Source of the DNA: an uncultured Clostridia bacterium | Lineage (GTDB): Bacteria; Bacillota; Clostridia; Christensenellales; UBA1242 | Direction: 5' to 3' | Length of the DNA: 63,364 nt | Assembly (NCBI GenBank): GCA_944332185.1 | Contig: CALVJJ010000001.1 | Coordinates: 66,422 to 129,785, forward strand | In this document: positions 40,701 through 49,247 of the stretch, piece by piece | Position numbering within the stretch: the first letter of the stretch is position 1 | Layout: the number at the start of each line of letters is the position of its first letter | The notes under the pieces: generated by a model | What the model was told of the DNA's origin: nothing | Databases searched by the model: none | The model's input: the letters and a program-made list of their open reading frames with translations, nothing else | Translations under genes and position numbers: made by a program

Positions 40701-43700
40701 TCATAAACTGTTGCATTAGCAGACACACTGACTTGTTTTGTTTCTATGATACCCATGATACTGTCAATAAGTTGTGTGAGCATCGTATAATGTTGGAATT
40801 GTGTAGGATCAACTTCAATCATCACTGGCGACCATACTACCCCTGCTTTGATAGAAAGTTGTGGAGCAGATAGTTGTACTTGCCAACTTTCTTGTCTACT
40901 AAGTGTAAGCATAAACTGATCCAAGAAAGATAAGGAGATAGTATTATTCTTCGTTGTGATACTATCTAGACTATCTAAAGATAGATCACTGGTATAGACA
41001 CTAGGCAACTTAAAATCTGTACCAAAACGAGCATTGATCCACTCCAACAGCATTGGAATTTCGTCCAATCCCATTGCAATACGAAGCCCTGCTACTGTCA
41101 TATATACTGTCGCATGATCCAAGATTGCTTCTATATCTAATCCATAAAATTGTGTGACTACTTTTGCTTTTAAGTTTTCAATATCACTTAGACTTTTCAT
41201 TTGACGAGCATCTAGTTCAAAATCTACTTGCACTTCTAGATCTTGATACTGAATATCTAATGTGCCTTTTGCTTGTTTTTCTTGATAGAATTGTGCAAAA
41301 TCTTGTACGAATGGCAACACATCTTCTACCTGTACAGTAGATGGTAATGGAGTAATACTTGGTTGTTTTCCCCAATCTATCTGTATGGTAACATCAGCCA
41401 CTCCGTGATAGCTGATACTTTCCAATCCTTGTGCAGAATAGACAAGACGGATTTCCTGTCCCATGGCACTACCAGATAAACTATACTGATATTTTTCTTG
41501 TTGTAATTGTAGACTATCTATTGTAAGAGTTTGCAAAAATTGTACAATTTGATCAGTAGATATAGATAATTGTGGCAATACTATTTCCCCATTAGGTAGA
41601 TATGTTTCTAGTACTTTTTGAATATCTTCCACTGGGAGATGATAGTCATTAGATAGAATATCGAATAATTGTGTAAGAGTAGTGATCTTGGTGGATACGA
41701 CTATGTTGTTGATAGATAACGTAAGGAGTCCATTCTGCAACACGACACCTAGTTGATATCCTTGCATGGTAGTATGAATTTCTACATTTAGACCATTACG
41801 AAGATCTAAGGCAATATCGAATAGGTATGTATGGTCTTGTAGACATAGTTCTACTTGCCCTACTACTGTTTTTTGATCTATCACAGTCATTATATGTTGT
41901 GCTAGAATATCTATACTTTCCAAAGATAGATAAGCTTCTTTTTCTACCGTTGGTATTGTCATTGGTTGAAGATTTACTACAGCATGGATCTTGTCTAGAT
42001 AAGATACAGCAATGGTGGACAAAGATTGACTGTCTCTTGCGATATTAAGTTGTAGTCCTTGATACGATAATTGGAATTGTGTATCATTCCATACTATGAT
42101 ATGTAAACTATCTAAAATAGACAAAATATCCAATGTAGCAAAGTCAATTTTGTCAATAGATACCGTAGGTAATTCTATCTTCATTCCATATTTTGCTAGA
42201 TAAGATTGCACTTCTTTCCATGTAGTTTTGATATACACTCCATCTAGATGTAGATAGACAACTTCTTCTTGATACCATATCTCTATTGGTTGCCCAAATA
42301 GTGTAGTAGAAATATATAGTTGGATTCCTGCATTCCAATCTACCATCATATTCCCTGATACAGTAATATCTTGATAAGTTGCAGAGAATTGTCCTGCAAT
42401 TTGTTTTTCTTCCATGATATCCATGATAGTATCAAGATAAGAAACTACTGTTGTAATGGAAGTAAACGATCCTTGTGGTTGTTGAATAGGTGTATTCCAT
42501 GTCTCAAAGCCAATATGAATATGATGAGATTGCCATTGCCAGTCAATATCGTTTAATTTTCCATCTGCATCGCTTTGCAAAAGAATTGTTCCATAGTGTG
42601 CCAACGTGATCTTAATTCCACCATCTATTTGTTCAATGTTTTGAATGATCTCTTGAATAGCAAGAGTATCTAGCGAGATGGTAGGTAGGACAAGTTGTGG
42701 AAAATATGTTTGCATTATTTTTTGGATTTCTTCTATGGTAGCTTCTATATGTATGGATCCAATACTTACATAGATATGATCCTCTACCACGATGATTTCC
42801 ACAGTTTTACCATTGATTGTCCCCCGGAATTGCAAAGCAAACCCATTATCTGTTGTGATGGCTATAGATCCATCAATCATATATCCAAACAGCTCTCCTT
42901 CAAAGCAGAATTGGAAAGCATCATATCCTTGATATCCCAACAACATAGATATTAGATGATACGCATTACTAATATCCAAATAGGTATCTTGCTTGACAGC
43001 TGGTATGCTAAAATCTTCTGCATTGCATACCATATCGACATCTAACGAGAAGGTAATACCTGCAATAGTCGTTGGTTCTATGATGACTTTTTCCATGGTA
43101 TAAGTTTCATCTAGTAAGATGGTTGCATGGATCAAATCTTCTACCAAAAATTCTAATTGGTATCCTCCTTCTCTTTCACTGGTGTGTACATATTGCAATA
43201 AGGAAGTCAAACTGCTGATATCTAATTCCTCTAAATTCCCTAATCCTAATGCATCTAAAAAAGACAAATCTAAATTGTTGATATAAGGTTTTAAGATAGA
43301 CAAAAGTGGTTGCAAACTATCTAGTAAATGAGAAGTATTGATCTTGATATTTTGACCAAGTAAAGATAGATAAGCTGTCGATTCTTCATAATGTAAATAG
43401 ATTGGCAGTTGTTGATCTTGATAGACAACAAAAAGATTCGCATCTACTTTTAGCGTAGGTGTCACTTGTAATAACACATTCCCTGTTAAATCTATGGTTG
43501 TGCCCTGATATTCGCCACGAATGTGAATAGTAAGATTCATATTCTTGGTTGCAAGAGTTTTAGACACCATTCCATCTAGAATAGGATCGCTCGTATCTGT
43601 TTCTCCTCCTGCCAATAATCCATAACTATCCGAATCACCAGAGACTTTATATACCATAACCATCGTTCCTGCCGAAGCTAAGAATACGATGAGAAAAACC

Positions 43701-43726
43701 ATAAGGTATTGTAATAATCTTTTCAT
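37736..43726 (-). CDS. Large (1996 aa) N-anchored surface protein with seven ~180-aa repeats and C-terminal InlB B-repeat (Listeria-Bacteroides) domains
   Basis: N-terminal TM; repeated I.I.Y....VYL...G..IK motif; YTVSFEENGG..YTFDGWY..LTLYAKW type repeats from ~39262 to the end. Confidence 0.85.
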   Translation of the reverse strand: MKRLLQYLMVFLIVFLASAGTMVMVYKVSGDSDSYGLLAGGETDTSDPILDGMVSKTLATKNMNLTIHIRGEYQGTTIDLTGNVLLQVTPTLKVDANLFVVYQDQQLPIYLHYEESTAYLSLLGQNIKINTSHLLDSLQPLLSILKPYINNLDLSFLDALGLGNLEELDISSLTSLLQYVHTSEREGGYQLEFLVEDLIHATILLDETYTMEKVIIEPTTIAGITFSLDVDMVCNAEDFSIPAVKQDTYLDISNAYHLISMLLGYQGYDAFQFCFEGELFGYMIDGSIAITTDNGFALQFRGTINGKTVEIIVVEDHIYVSIGSIHIEATIEEIQKIMQTYFPQLVLPTISLDTLAIQEIIQNIEQIDGGIKITLAHYGTILLQSDADGKLNDIDWQWQSHHIHIGFETWNTPIQQPQGSFTSITTVVSYLDTIMDIMEEKQIAGQFSATYQDITVSGNMMVDWNAGIQLYISTTLFGQPIEIWYQEEVVYLHLDGVYIKTTWKEVQSYLAKYGMKIELPTVSIDKIDFATLDILSILDSLHIIVWNDTQFQLSYQGLQLNIARDSQSLSTIAVSYLDKIHAVVNLQPMTIPTVEKEAYLSLESIDILAQHIMTVIDQKTVVGQVELCLQDHTYLFDIALDLRNGLNVEIHTTMQGYQLGVVLQNGLLTLSINNIVVSTKITTLTQLFDILSNDYHLPVEDIQKVLETYLPNGEIVLPQLSISTDQIVQFLQTLTIDSLQLQQEKYQYSLSGSAMGQEIRLVYSAQGLESISYHGVADVTIQIDWGKQPSITPLPSTVQVEDVLPFVQDFAQFYQEKQAKGTLDIQYQDLEVQVDFELDARQMKSLSDIENLKAKVVTQFYGLDIEAILDHATVYMTVAGLRIAMGLDEIPMLLEWINARFGTDFKLPSVYTSDLSLDSLDSITTKNNTISLSFLDQFMLTLSRQESWQVQLSAPQLSIKAGVVWSPVMIEVDPTQFQHYTMLTQLIDSIMGIIETKQVSVSANATVYEENSIQYVANCQLEMDWQNTFALFGEAKLTGLQDMEFNLAYEDKMLYVNYNKLKVKMSQDCLKELAYILASVLGIDTSKLDFLQDVAQDMQLDLENLQQLIPSFDPTQPLMLLTYIKKVSFHDSILTITLYGSKLSGVENSQDVTIDIITNDHALSGIIIKDFYSGVTPTEKFDLSIFVNEFQGVQQLPDKEQYMDLSDCAPLVKAFIDTSSLQYFHITATLDITMEVLSLSDAISMSVPVDLAIRLRDQKPEIMLTVGPIPVIAPIDNDVPYVFGDTISGVNCGKDRILKVYFADGYVYFYRSENIPRFASSDRKYEKKLKMTLEEFLADPMMLLSYGCGFQDIIMDEIQVAVDKAMNRTTPLDMSNILLGFGKTDNTYELILNLAELANNSDLDTMTIRLTTSPVDQKEYIVQGALEVHMPISSAFKVDITSTDLTLNTIGQEIDFAEMENYINSYPYKVDEYWHASNGNWTLASATVYTVSFEENGGQEVENVTGAIDTVYTLPTLPNKVVETDTDKTIYTFDGWYTTPTFEGEKYTKTVITRGDLTLYAKWVEKEAYRTIFYYVDDQLIDQYYGLVGTAIKENYLQDRILIQGNQKLFQTFDCWADQNGDKITLIPSVSQNLYARFITTYTQTSYTLQFVTDHGESLPAMQCYEQDTVSLPSWNTIVENTDGTTITYHFLGWYVDPEYREEFTGMMPSHDLTIYAQWEVLSIVKERSLTILDQNEIVYQGLWKVGDVISLPDRIKIDKFTKWYLDAEYTQATTYQDTMPDQDLVLHIRNRYRVTYTYYEKVDQQHTQYTKTLDLYQGETFQLPEQVEYSIDYQEGGKLAYRMIYHFLGYQENGQYLTNFVMSNTDRNIVSVVEEERKNWYVVSFNLGWVKPSAWIDKNSAFQGKITCVKAPNTVENIYVLEGDTIDPSLYTSYCTYTYQCVWITDSYDMRVVTWNTTGASNVLISNIQNKDYTVLTEIVVTSDMTLYATWGADL

Positions 43727-43736
43727 GTTCTCCCTT

Positions 43737-44711
43737 CTATAACAAAGTTACATTGTCATACTCAAACTGCATCAGCAAACTGCCACCACAAGTCACAGTC
43801 ATACCGTATGTTACTTTGTATTCTTCTTTAATTGTAATGGACAAAAATCTTCCATTTTGATCCACTGAAAATTGCACGGTCACATAATTAAATTTTGGGG
43901 AATCTAATCCACTCATTTTGCTCATTTGTTTGACATAATTGATAACGGAAGCTTGTGGGTGTAAGGAAATTTCACATTGATATACCCCTTCCACAAGATT
44001 CTTTGTCCCTTTACCTATGACTGTTCTAGTTCCCACAACATAAGGAATGACACCCGTTGGGCTAGTTCCCCATTGTTGTTTGTATTCTTCTGCACTTACC
44101 TTTTCTTCTGCGCCATTCCATGTTGCAGCCCCATCATTTTCTGGTTTCCCTGACTGCACAATGACATCACTATTTACAGTATAATGCATTTGATAGGCTA
44201 CATTTTTAATGCCTTTACTAATTTGGTTGTTGTAATACTGATCACCTTGTTTTTGAAATGTAGACCAAACCAACTGATCTGTCAGCGGATTGGTGACCTT
44301 CCCACTCGCATTCATTTGGTATTGATACTCTTGTGACAGTTTGTATTCTCCCACTACAAATATTTCTGCTGGAGTCAAAGAAGCAATATTCTTTTTTAGC
44401 AAACTTGGAATATTATCTCCTGCCCGTAACGATGTTTCATCATACATAGAATAATCCACTTTTGATAAAAATGCTTCTACAATATAATTCCCCACAAATA
44501 TTCCACTAAAGCAGCCCATCACAGCAAAGACACAGATGTTCAGCCAAAATCTTTTTTTTGTGATTTCTTTTTTTCTTTTTTTCTTCTTTTTTGTTTTACT
44601 TTCTTTTTCTTGAATAGATTGCAGTTGTTGTTTTTTATCATCTTCGATCAGCAAGGTCTGTGTCTCGACCGTTGTCGAAGTATCTTTTATATTTTTTTTC
44701 TTTTGTTTCAT
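43737..44711 (-). CDS. Membrane-anchored protein with beta-rich (LolA/LppX-like?) ectodomain
   Basis: Lys-rich N-terminus, one TM, alternating beta strands (VTVQFSVDQNGRFLSITIKEEY...FEYDNVTL); fold call is inference. Confidence 0.7.
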   Translation of the reverse strand: MKQKKKNIKDTSTTVETQTLLIEDDKKQQLQSIQEKESKTKKKKKRKKEITKKRFWLNICVFAVMGCFSGIFVGNYIVEAFLSKVDYSMYDETSLRAGDNIPSLLKKNIASLTPAEIFVVGEYKLSQEYQYQMNASGKVTNPLTDQLVWSTFQKQGDQYYNNQISKGIKNVAYQMHYTVNSDVIVQSGKPENDGAATWNGAEEKVSAEEYKQQWGTSPTGVIPYVVGTRTVIGKGTKNLVEGVYQCEISLHPQASVINYVKQMSKMSGLDSPKFNYVTVQFSVDQNGRFLSITIKEEYKVTYGMTVTCGGSLLMQFEYDNVTLL

Positions 44712-45442
44712 ACGTTACCCATCTCAACTTTTTTCATGGTTTGATAGACAAATCGAAACGAAAATCCAGTAATTTTCACAATTTGTCTAATACTAGCCCC
44801 ATATAAAGAGACCATTCTTTGAATCAGTTTTTTCTTTTTCTCTACATTCATAGACTGTATTGTTTCTGCTTGACTATCTAAAAATGCCTTGACTAATTGT
44901 GCTAATTCTACTTCAGTATATTTTTTCCCGATTTTACGCATCAGTTGTAAAACCTCTGGTTGTTGTGCTTGTAAAAACAAAGATTGTTCTATGGAAGGAG
45001 TCATCACTAGATAAGGTCTGCCTGTTTTATCTTGTAGATACCCATCTTCATTATAATGATATTTACTACAAAATTTGGTTTCTTCTTGCAAATAGTGAAG
45101 ACTAGCTATCATTTGGTACACTTCTGTCACCGTATGGGCACTGTAACTTGTAAAACGATCTTTAAAGATCTCCCCTTTTCTATGATGTTGTTTGTTGTAA
45201 GAATAGACAAAACGAATACAAATACTTTTCATGAGTTCGCTCATTTGGTCGCTTTGGACCACAAAACGAAAACAAGTATCTGCCAAATGGTAGGCAAAAA
45301 TTTTGCTATTCATCTGCCATACATAATGTTGTACCACATCTAATAGCATGGTTTTATCTGCATCATCTAGCATAATATCTTGCGTCTTTAAAACCACTAA
45401 ATAGGTATGAATTTCACTGGTTGATCTTGCCACTCTTGCCAT
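44708..45442 (-). CDS. RAYT/IS200-like (Y1) transposase homologue with catalytic motifs lost, plus C-terminal HTH
   Basis: MARVAR start, KIFAY.L, YNKQHHRKGEIFKDRF.S match the RAYT pattern; HUH reads CFR, catalytic Y.H.NP reads SLHYL; GASIRQIVKITGFS HTH. Confidence 0.8.
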   Translation of the reverse strand: MARVARSTSEIHTYLVVLKTQDIMLDDADKTMLLDVVQHYVWQMNSKIFAYHLADTCFRFVVQSDQMSELMKSICIRFVYSYNKQHHRKGEIFKDRFTSYSAHTVTEVYQMIASLHYLQEETKFCSKYHYNEDGYLQDKTGRPYLVMTPSIEQSLFLQAQQPEVLQLMRKIGKKYTEVELAQLVKAFLDSQAETIQSMNVEKKKKLIQRMVSLYGASIRQIVKITGFSFRFVYQTMKKVEMGNV

Positions 45443-45474
45443 AATCTTTCCTTCCTTTTTTAAAAAACCAAGTA

Positions 45475-45503
45475 AGTATACCAAATTTTACAATACTTGT
45501 CAA
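45475..45503 (-). promoter_or_regulatory. Near-consensus SigA promoter for the RAYT-like operon
   Basis: TTGACA-17 nt-TATACT with extended -10 TG. Confidence 0.8.
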
Positions 45504-45574
45504 ACATTAGTGTCCCTTTTGTTACATTTTTATGATTTTACCTTCTTGTCCTATGCTAAAAATAGCAAAAAAAT

Positions 45575-45604
45575 AAAAAACAGTCTTTCCAACTGTCTTT
45601 TTTT
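45575..45604 (-). terminator. Intrinsic terminator after dinB
   Basis: ACAGT/ACTGT stem followed by long U-tract on minus strand. Confidence 0.55.
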
Positions 45605-45620
45605 AAGTGTTTTATGTTTT

Positions 45621-46862
45621 TTATTTGTGTAATACAGTAGGGTGAACCACATGTCCCCCTTCTTCCATATTGATCGCATCAAAATCTGCATCTTTCATAA
45701 TGCTAGCCTGCTTAATAATGTGATGTCCATATTTTTTGCGTAACACTGTGACAACTTGCTCAAGTTTTTGACGTTTTTCCACTTGTTGTATATCATCAAA
45801 AATACTATACTGTTTTGGTTTTGGTGTTAATTTGAGAGCCCGTACACCTAAAGCTCTGACCGTATGCTCCCACGTATAATGTTGTTGAAACAATTCCAAT
45901 GCCCCTTCATGCAAATCTTTTGCCAAATCTGTTGGCATAAAGAATTGTTTTTGCCTATCAAAAGAGGCTAACGTATTATCTTTGACCCATAGTTGCACTT
46001 CTTTTGCATAAACGCCTTCTTTATTCATTCGTTTTGCAACATTTTCTGCCAGCAAATACAAAATATGAGACACTTCTTCTATAGTTTTTAGATCACGTGG
46101 ACAAGTGGTAGAATTGCCAATGCTTTTCATCTCTTCCCTGTACCCAGTTTTTCTCACTTCTCCATCATCTAATCCACAAGCAAATTTATACAACATGACA
46201 CCGTTTTTCCCAAGCAAAGTATGTAACAATTTTTCTTCTGTTTTTGCCAAATCTTCAATGGTTTTGATACACATTTTTTGCAATTTTTGATATGTGGCAC
46301 GACCAACATAAAGGAGCTGATCTACCGACAATGGCCATACTTTTTCTTTAAAATTATCTGGAGTAATGACTGTCACAGCATTTGGTTTTTTTAGATCACT
46401 GCCTAGTTTTGCAAATACTTTATTATAACTGACTCCAATGCTCACCGTGAGTCCTGTCTCTTGCAACACACGAACACGTATGGTATGAGCGAGTTGTTCT
46501 GCTTCTTGAAAAGAATGAACACTTTGGGTAATATCTATCCACGCTTCATCAATTCCAAATGACTCCACTCTATCAGAGTATTGTCTATAAATATCTTTGA
46601 CAATTCTAGATAGTCTTTGGTACCTGTCAAAATGTACCGGAACACAAACTAAATCTTGCCCACAACATTGTGTAGCTTCCCATACCGTAAAGCCTGTTTT
46701 TACCCCTTTCTTTTTCGCTATTTGATTTTTGGACAAAACCACACCATGTCTTTTTTCTACATCACCTACCACAACCATTGGTTTGTTGCGAATAGAAGGA
46801 TCGTAGAGACATTCACAACTAGCATAAAAATTATTTAGATCAGAATGTAAAATATATCTCAT
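45621..46862 (-). CDS. dinB: Y-family DNA polymerase IV
   Basis: ILHSDLNNFYASCE, SFGIDEAWID, SIGVSYNKVFAKLGSDLKKP; start ATG 46862. Confidence 0.92.
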   Translation of the reverse strand: MRYILHSDLNNFYASCECLYDPSIRNKPMVVVGDVEKRHGVVLSKNQIAKKKGVKTGFTVWEATQCCGQDLVCVPVHFDRYQRLSRIVKDIYRQYSDRVESFGIDEAWIDITQSVHSFQEAEQLAHTIRVRVLQETGLTVSIGVSYNKVFAKLGSDLKKPNAVTVITPDNFKEKVWPLSVDQLLYVGRATYQKLQKMCIKTIEDLAKTEEKLLHTLLGKNGVMLYKFACGLDDGEVRKTGYREEMKSIGNSTTCPRDLKTIEEVSHILYLLAENVAKRMNKEGVYAKEVQLWVKDNTLASFDRQKQFFMPTDLAKDLHEGALELFQQHYTWEHTVRALGVRALKLTPKPKQYSIFDDIQQVEKRQKLEQVVTVLRKKYGHHIIKQASIMKDADFDAINMEEGGHVVHPTVLHK

Positions 46863-46880
46863 GGCTTCTTTCCTTAAAGG

Positions 46881-46896
46881 TAGAACATTTGTTCTA
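46881..46896. promoter_or_regulatory. LexA (Cheo) box upstream of dinB
   Basis: TAGAAC-ATTT-GTTCTA, GAAC-N4-GTTC, overlapping the expected transcription start. Confidence 0.88.
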
Positions 46897-46901
46897 TTGA
46901 T

Positions 46902-46930
46902 AGTGTACCATAGGGGGAAAAATTTGTAAA
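46902..46930 (-). promoter_or_regulatory. SigA-type promoter for dinB
   Basis: TTTACA-17 nt-TACACT with extended -10 TG. Confidence 0.65.
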
Positions 46931-46965
46931 GAGTTTTACTAAAAAAAAGATGCAATGATGCATCT

Positions 46966-47877
46966 TTAGTCTTTGCTCACAAATTCCCACATCAGTGTGG
47001 TGTCTGGCAATAATTTTTTATCAATCTCTACACTTGCTCGAATCATCTCGACAAAAGGCAGATCTTTGCTTACGATTTCATGATTGTCCATAAATTCTAA
47101 GAATTTTTCTCTATAAAGCGCTAGTTCATAGGTATGCGTAGTATTGATCATAAAATCACATTGATCTTTGTATGGTGCAATATATAGATCTTCCCCAGCA
47201 CAAACGTTTGTCCATGTCTGTAAAGTTGTTTCTGGACTATTTCCACGTCTATCCACATCTCGAACCATACGTCTTACCAATCGTAATTGTCTAGCATCCA
47301 TATATTGATCCTGATACACAAACCCGCTAATGGTACTAGCATATACTTTGAAAAATGCTGTCGTTCCAAGGTGACAGGTCAGTTCTGGATTGATCACGTG
47401 TAATCCTTCAAAAATGATGATGGTATTCTCATCAATTTTTAAAAATTTTTTATGTGCATGATTGATCCCTGTTTTAAAATCATAAATTGGAAACCACGCC
47501 TTTTTTTGTTCCCATAACGTAGAAAAGCATTCTTCCATCTGCACTAAATTCAGTGATCGAACACTATCATAATCTTTCATGCCATTTGGCAAAAGTGGTG
47601 TATCTTCACGATTTAAGAAAAAATCGTCCATACTCACCGTCACGACATGATATCCTCTCTCCTCCAACACTCCTTTTAGCAATTTTGCAGATGTGGTTTT
47701 CCCGGCACAAGATGGTCCTGCTAGTAATACAATTTTAATATCTCCTCTTTCAATAATTTGACTAGCAAGAGTAGATAATTGACTACGGTATCGATCTTCG
47801 GCACGTCTAATCACATGATAGGTGTTTTTTTCTAATTGTTCATTGATAATTTCTACATTCAAAAATTCTTGATCCAT
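46966..47877 (-). CDS. udk: Uridine/nucleoside kinase family protein
   Basis: Walker A LAGPSCAGKTT, SMDDFF, IIFEGLH, RLVRRMVRD..RG. Confidence 0.85.
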   Translation of the reverse strand: MDQEFLNVEIINEQLEKNTYHVIRRAEDRYRSQLSTLASQIIERGDIKIVLLAGPSCAGKTTSAKLLKGVLEERGYHVVTVSMDDFFLNREDTPLLPNGMKDYDSVRSLNLVQMEECFSTLWEQKKAWFPIYDFKTGINHAHKKFLKIDENTIIIFEGLHVINPELTCHLGTTAFFKVYASTISGFVYQDQYMDARQLRLVRRMVRDVDRRGNSPETTLQTWTNVCAGEDLYIAPYKDQCDFMINTTHTYELALYREKFLEFMDNHEIVSKDLPFVEMIRASVEIDKKLLPDTTLMWEFVSKD

Positions 47878-47886
47878 ATTTTTCCT

Positions 47887-48858
47887 CTATACATTTGGTA
47901 AAATTAAAAAAACGAAATACATAGCGACTGGTATAGCACAAAGCACACTAGAAGCTATTTTAGATACCCAACCATGTCGTTTTTTGTATACTTTGACAAA
48001 TAACAACATAAGGATACTGATTGCACTAATAAGTCCACACCATAATAGATATTGCGATGTGGTATTGTTGACATAAATTGGTGACTTAAAATTCATAAAA
48101 TCAGCAATAGATAAAATTAAAAAATTAAAGGTATTACTTCCTAAAATATTACTTACCCCTGCATCAAAATTGCCTAACTTAAACAATCCAATCGTGGATA
48201 CTACCTCTGGTAAAGAAGTCGCAATACCTAGCAAAATCGCCCCTGCAAACGTTTTACCGAGTCCTAGCTGTGTTGATAATGCATCAGATAAATAGGTAAT
48301 ACCAATACTAGATGCTACAAGCAGAACACTAGCTAGCGAAAAACGAATCCAAATTTGCTTTGGTGTTAAAGCAACTTGTGCTCTTTGTTCTTTATCTGTT
48401 TCTTGTGCCACGCATTTGACTGAAATAAAGTATAAAATAATAAATAAAAAGGAAATGGTATTGATACCCCACAAGCATAATTGCCATCGTGCAATGGTTG
48501 CATAGATAGCAAACCCATAAAATAAGAGCAAAAAAATACTTGTCCAAATCAATCCGGCATTCATAGATTTTTTAGAAAATGATTTCATAAAGACTAAGAG
48601 CAACACTCCTAAGACTGCCACATTAAATATATCACTTCCCATGACATTGCCTAATACCAATTCACTTTGATCTAAAAATAATACGGCAGAAATAGAAGTA
48701 AACAATTCTGGTAAACTTGTCACTGCGGCTAAAAACACACCACCAATCAATGCCCCTGACATTTTTGTTGTCTTATCGAGCATATCTACATATTGAGATA
48801 GTTTGATAGATAAAATAACCACAACAATAGCTAATATAAAATACAAAAATATAGTCAT
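47887..48858 (-). CDS. Sodium:calcium antiporter (CaCA family)
   Basis: Two alpha repeats TSLPEL...GNVMGSDIFN and TSLPEV...SNILGSNTFN; start ATG 48858 with GGAG RBS. Confidence 0.9.
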   Translation of the reverse strand: MTIFLYFILAIVVVILSIKLSQYVDMLDKTTKMSGALIGGVFLAAVTSLPELFTSISAVLFLDQSELVLGNVMGSDIFNVAVLGVLLLVFMKSFSKKSMNAGLIWTSIFLLLFYGFAIYATIARWQLCLWGINTISFLFIILYFISVKCVAQETDKEQRAQVALTPKQIWIRFSLASVLLVASSIGITYLSDALSTQLGLGKTFAGAILLGIATSLPEVVSTIGLFKLGNFDAGVSNILGSNTFNFLILSIADFMNFKSPIYVNNTTSQYLLWCGLISAISILMLLFVKVYKKRHGWVSKIASSVLCAIPVAMYFVFLILPNV

Positions 48859-48922
48859 ACAGTACTCCAATACGAAAACATTGTACAAAAAAGTTCCTTT
48901 TTTTGTCAACTTATCTACCACA

Positions 48923-49168
48923 CTATTTTGGCAATTTTGCTTCTACAAACCATTTTCCTTCTTCTTCAAACAAGTAAGTAGTTTGTCCTAATACACGAAT
49001 GGTATATTTCATACCAACTCCCCCCACTAAAAGACTTACCCCTAGTCTACTATCTAACACCTTATCTACCTGATATACATGGTCATGATACGTAATCGAT
49101 AACGGAATGGTTTTTCCTTCCACTGTATGTTTTGCAACAACTTCTACATATACTTTTCTCATATCCAA
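48923..49168 (-). CDS. Small conserved hypothetical protein of the type often found beside Clostridial dinB
   Basis: KVYVEVVAK...G...PLSI......Y.VDKVLD.R....L.VGGVG..Y........YLF.E..KWFVE pattern. Confidence 0.7.
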   Translation of the reverse strand: MDMRKVYVEVVAKHTVEGKTIPLSITYHDHVYQVDKVLDSRLGVSLLVGGVGMKYTIRVLGQTTYLFEEEGKWFVEAKLPK

Positions 49169-49209
49169 CCTTACTTGTAGTGTATGAAGTATTGCACGAT
49201 TTTACACAT

Positions 49210-49242
49210 AAAAAAATACGACTTTTTTCTTGTCGTATTTTT
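49210..49242 (-). terminator. Intrinsic terminator
   Basis: AAAAATACGAC/GTCGTATTTTT. Confidence 0.75.
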
Positions 49243-49247
49243 CTTTG

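Noticed and set aside
44708-45484. Active IS200/IS605 or RAYT mobile element
   Set aside because: HUH and catalytic Tyr motifs absent; no tnpB, terminal hairpins or REP palindromes seen
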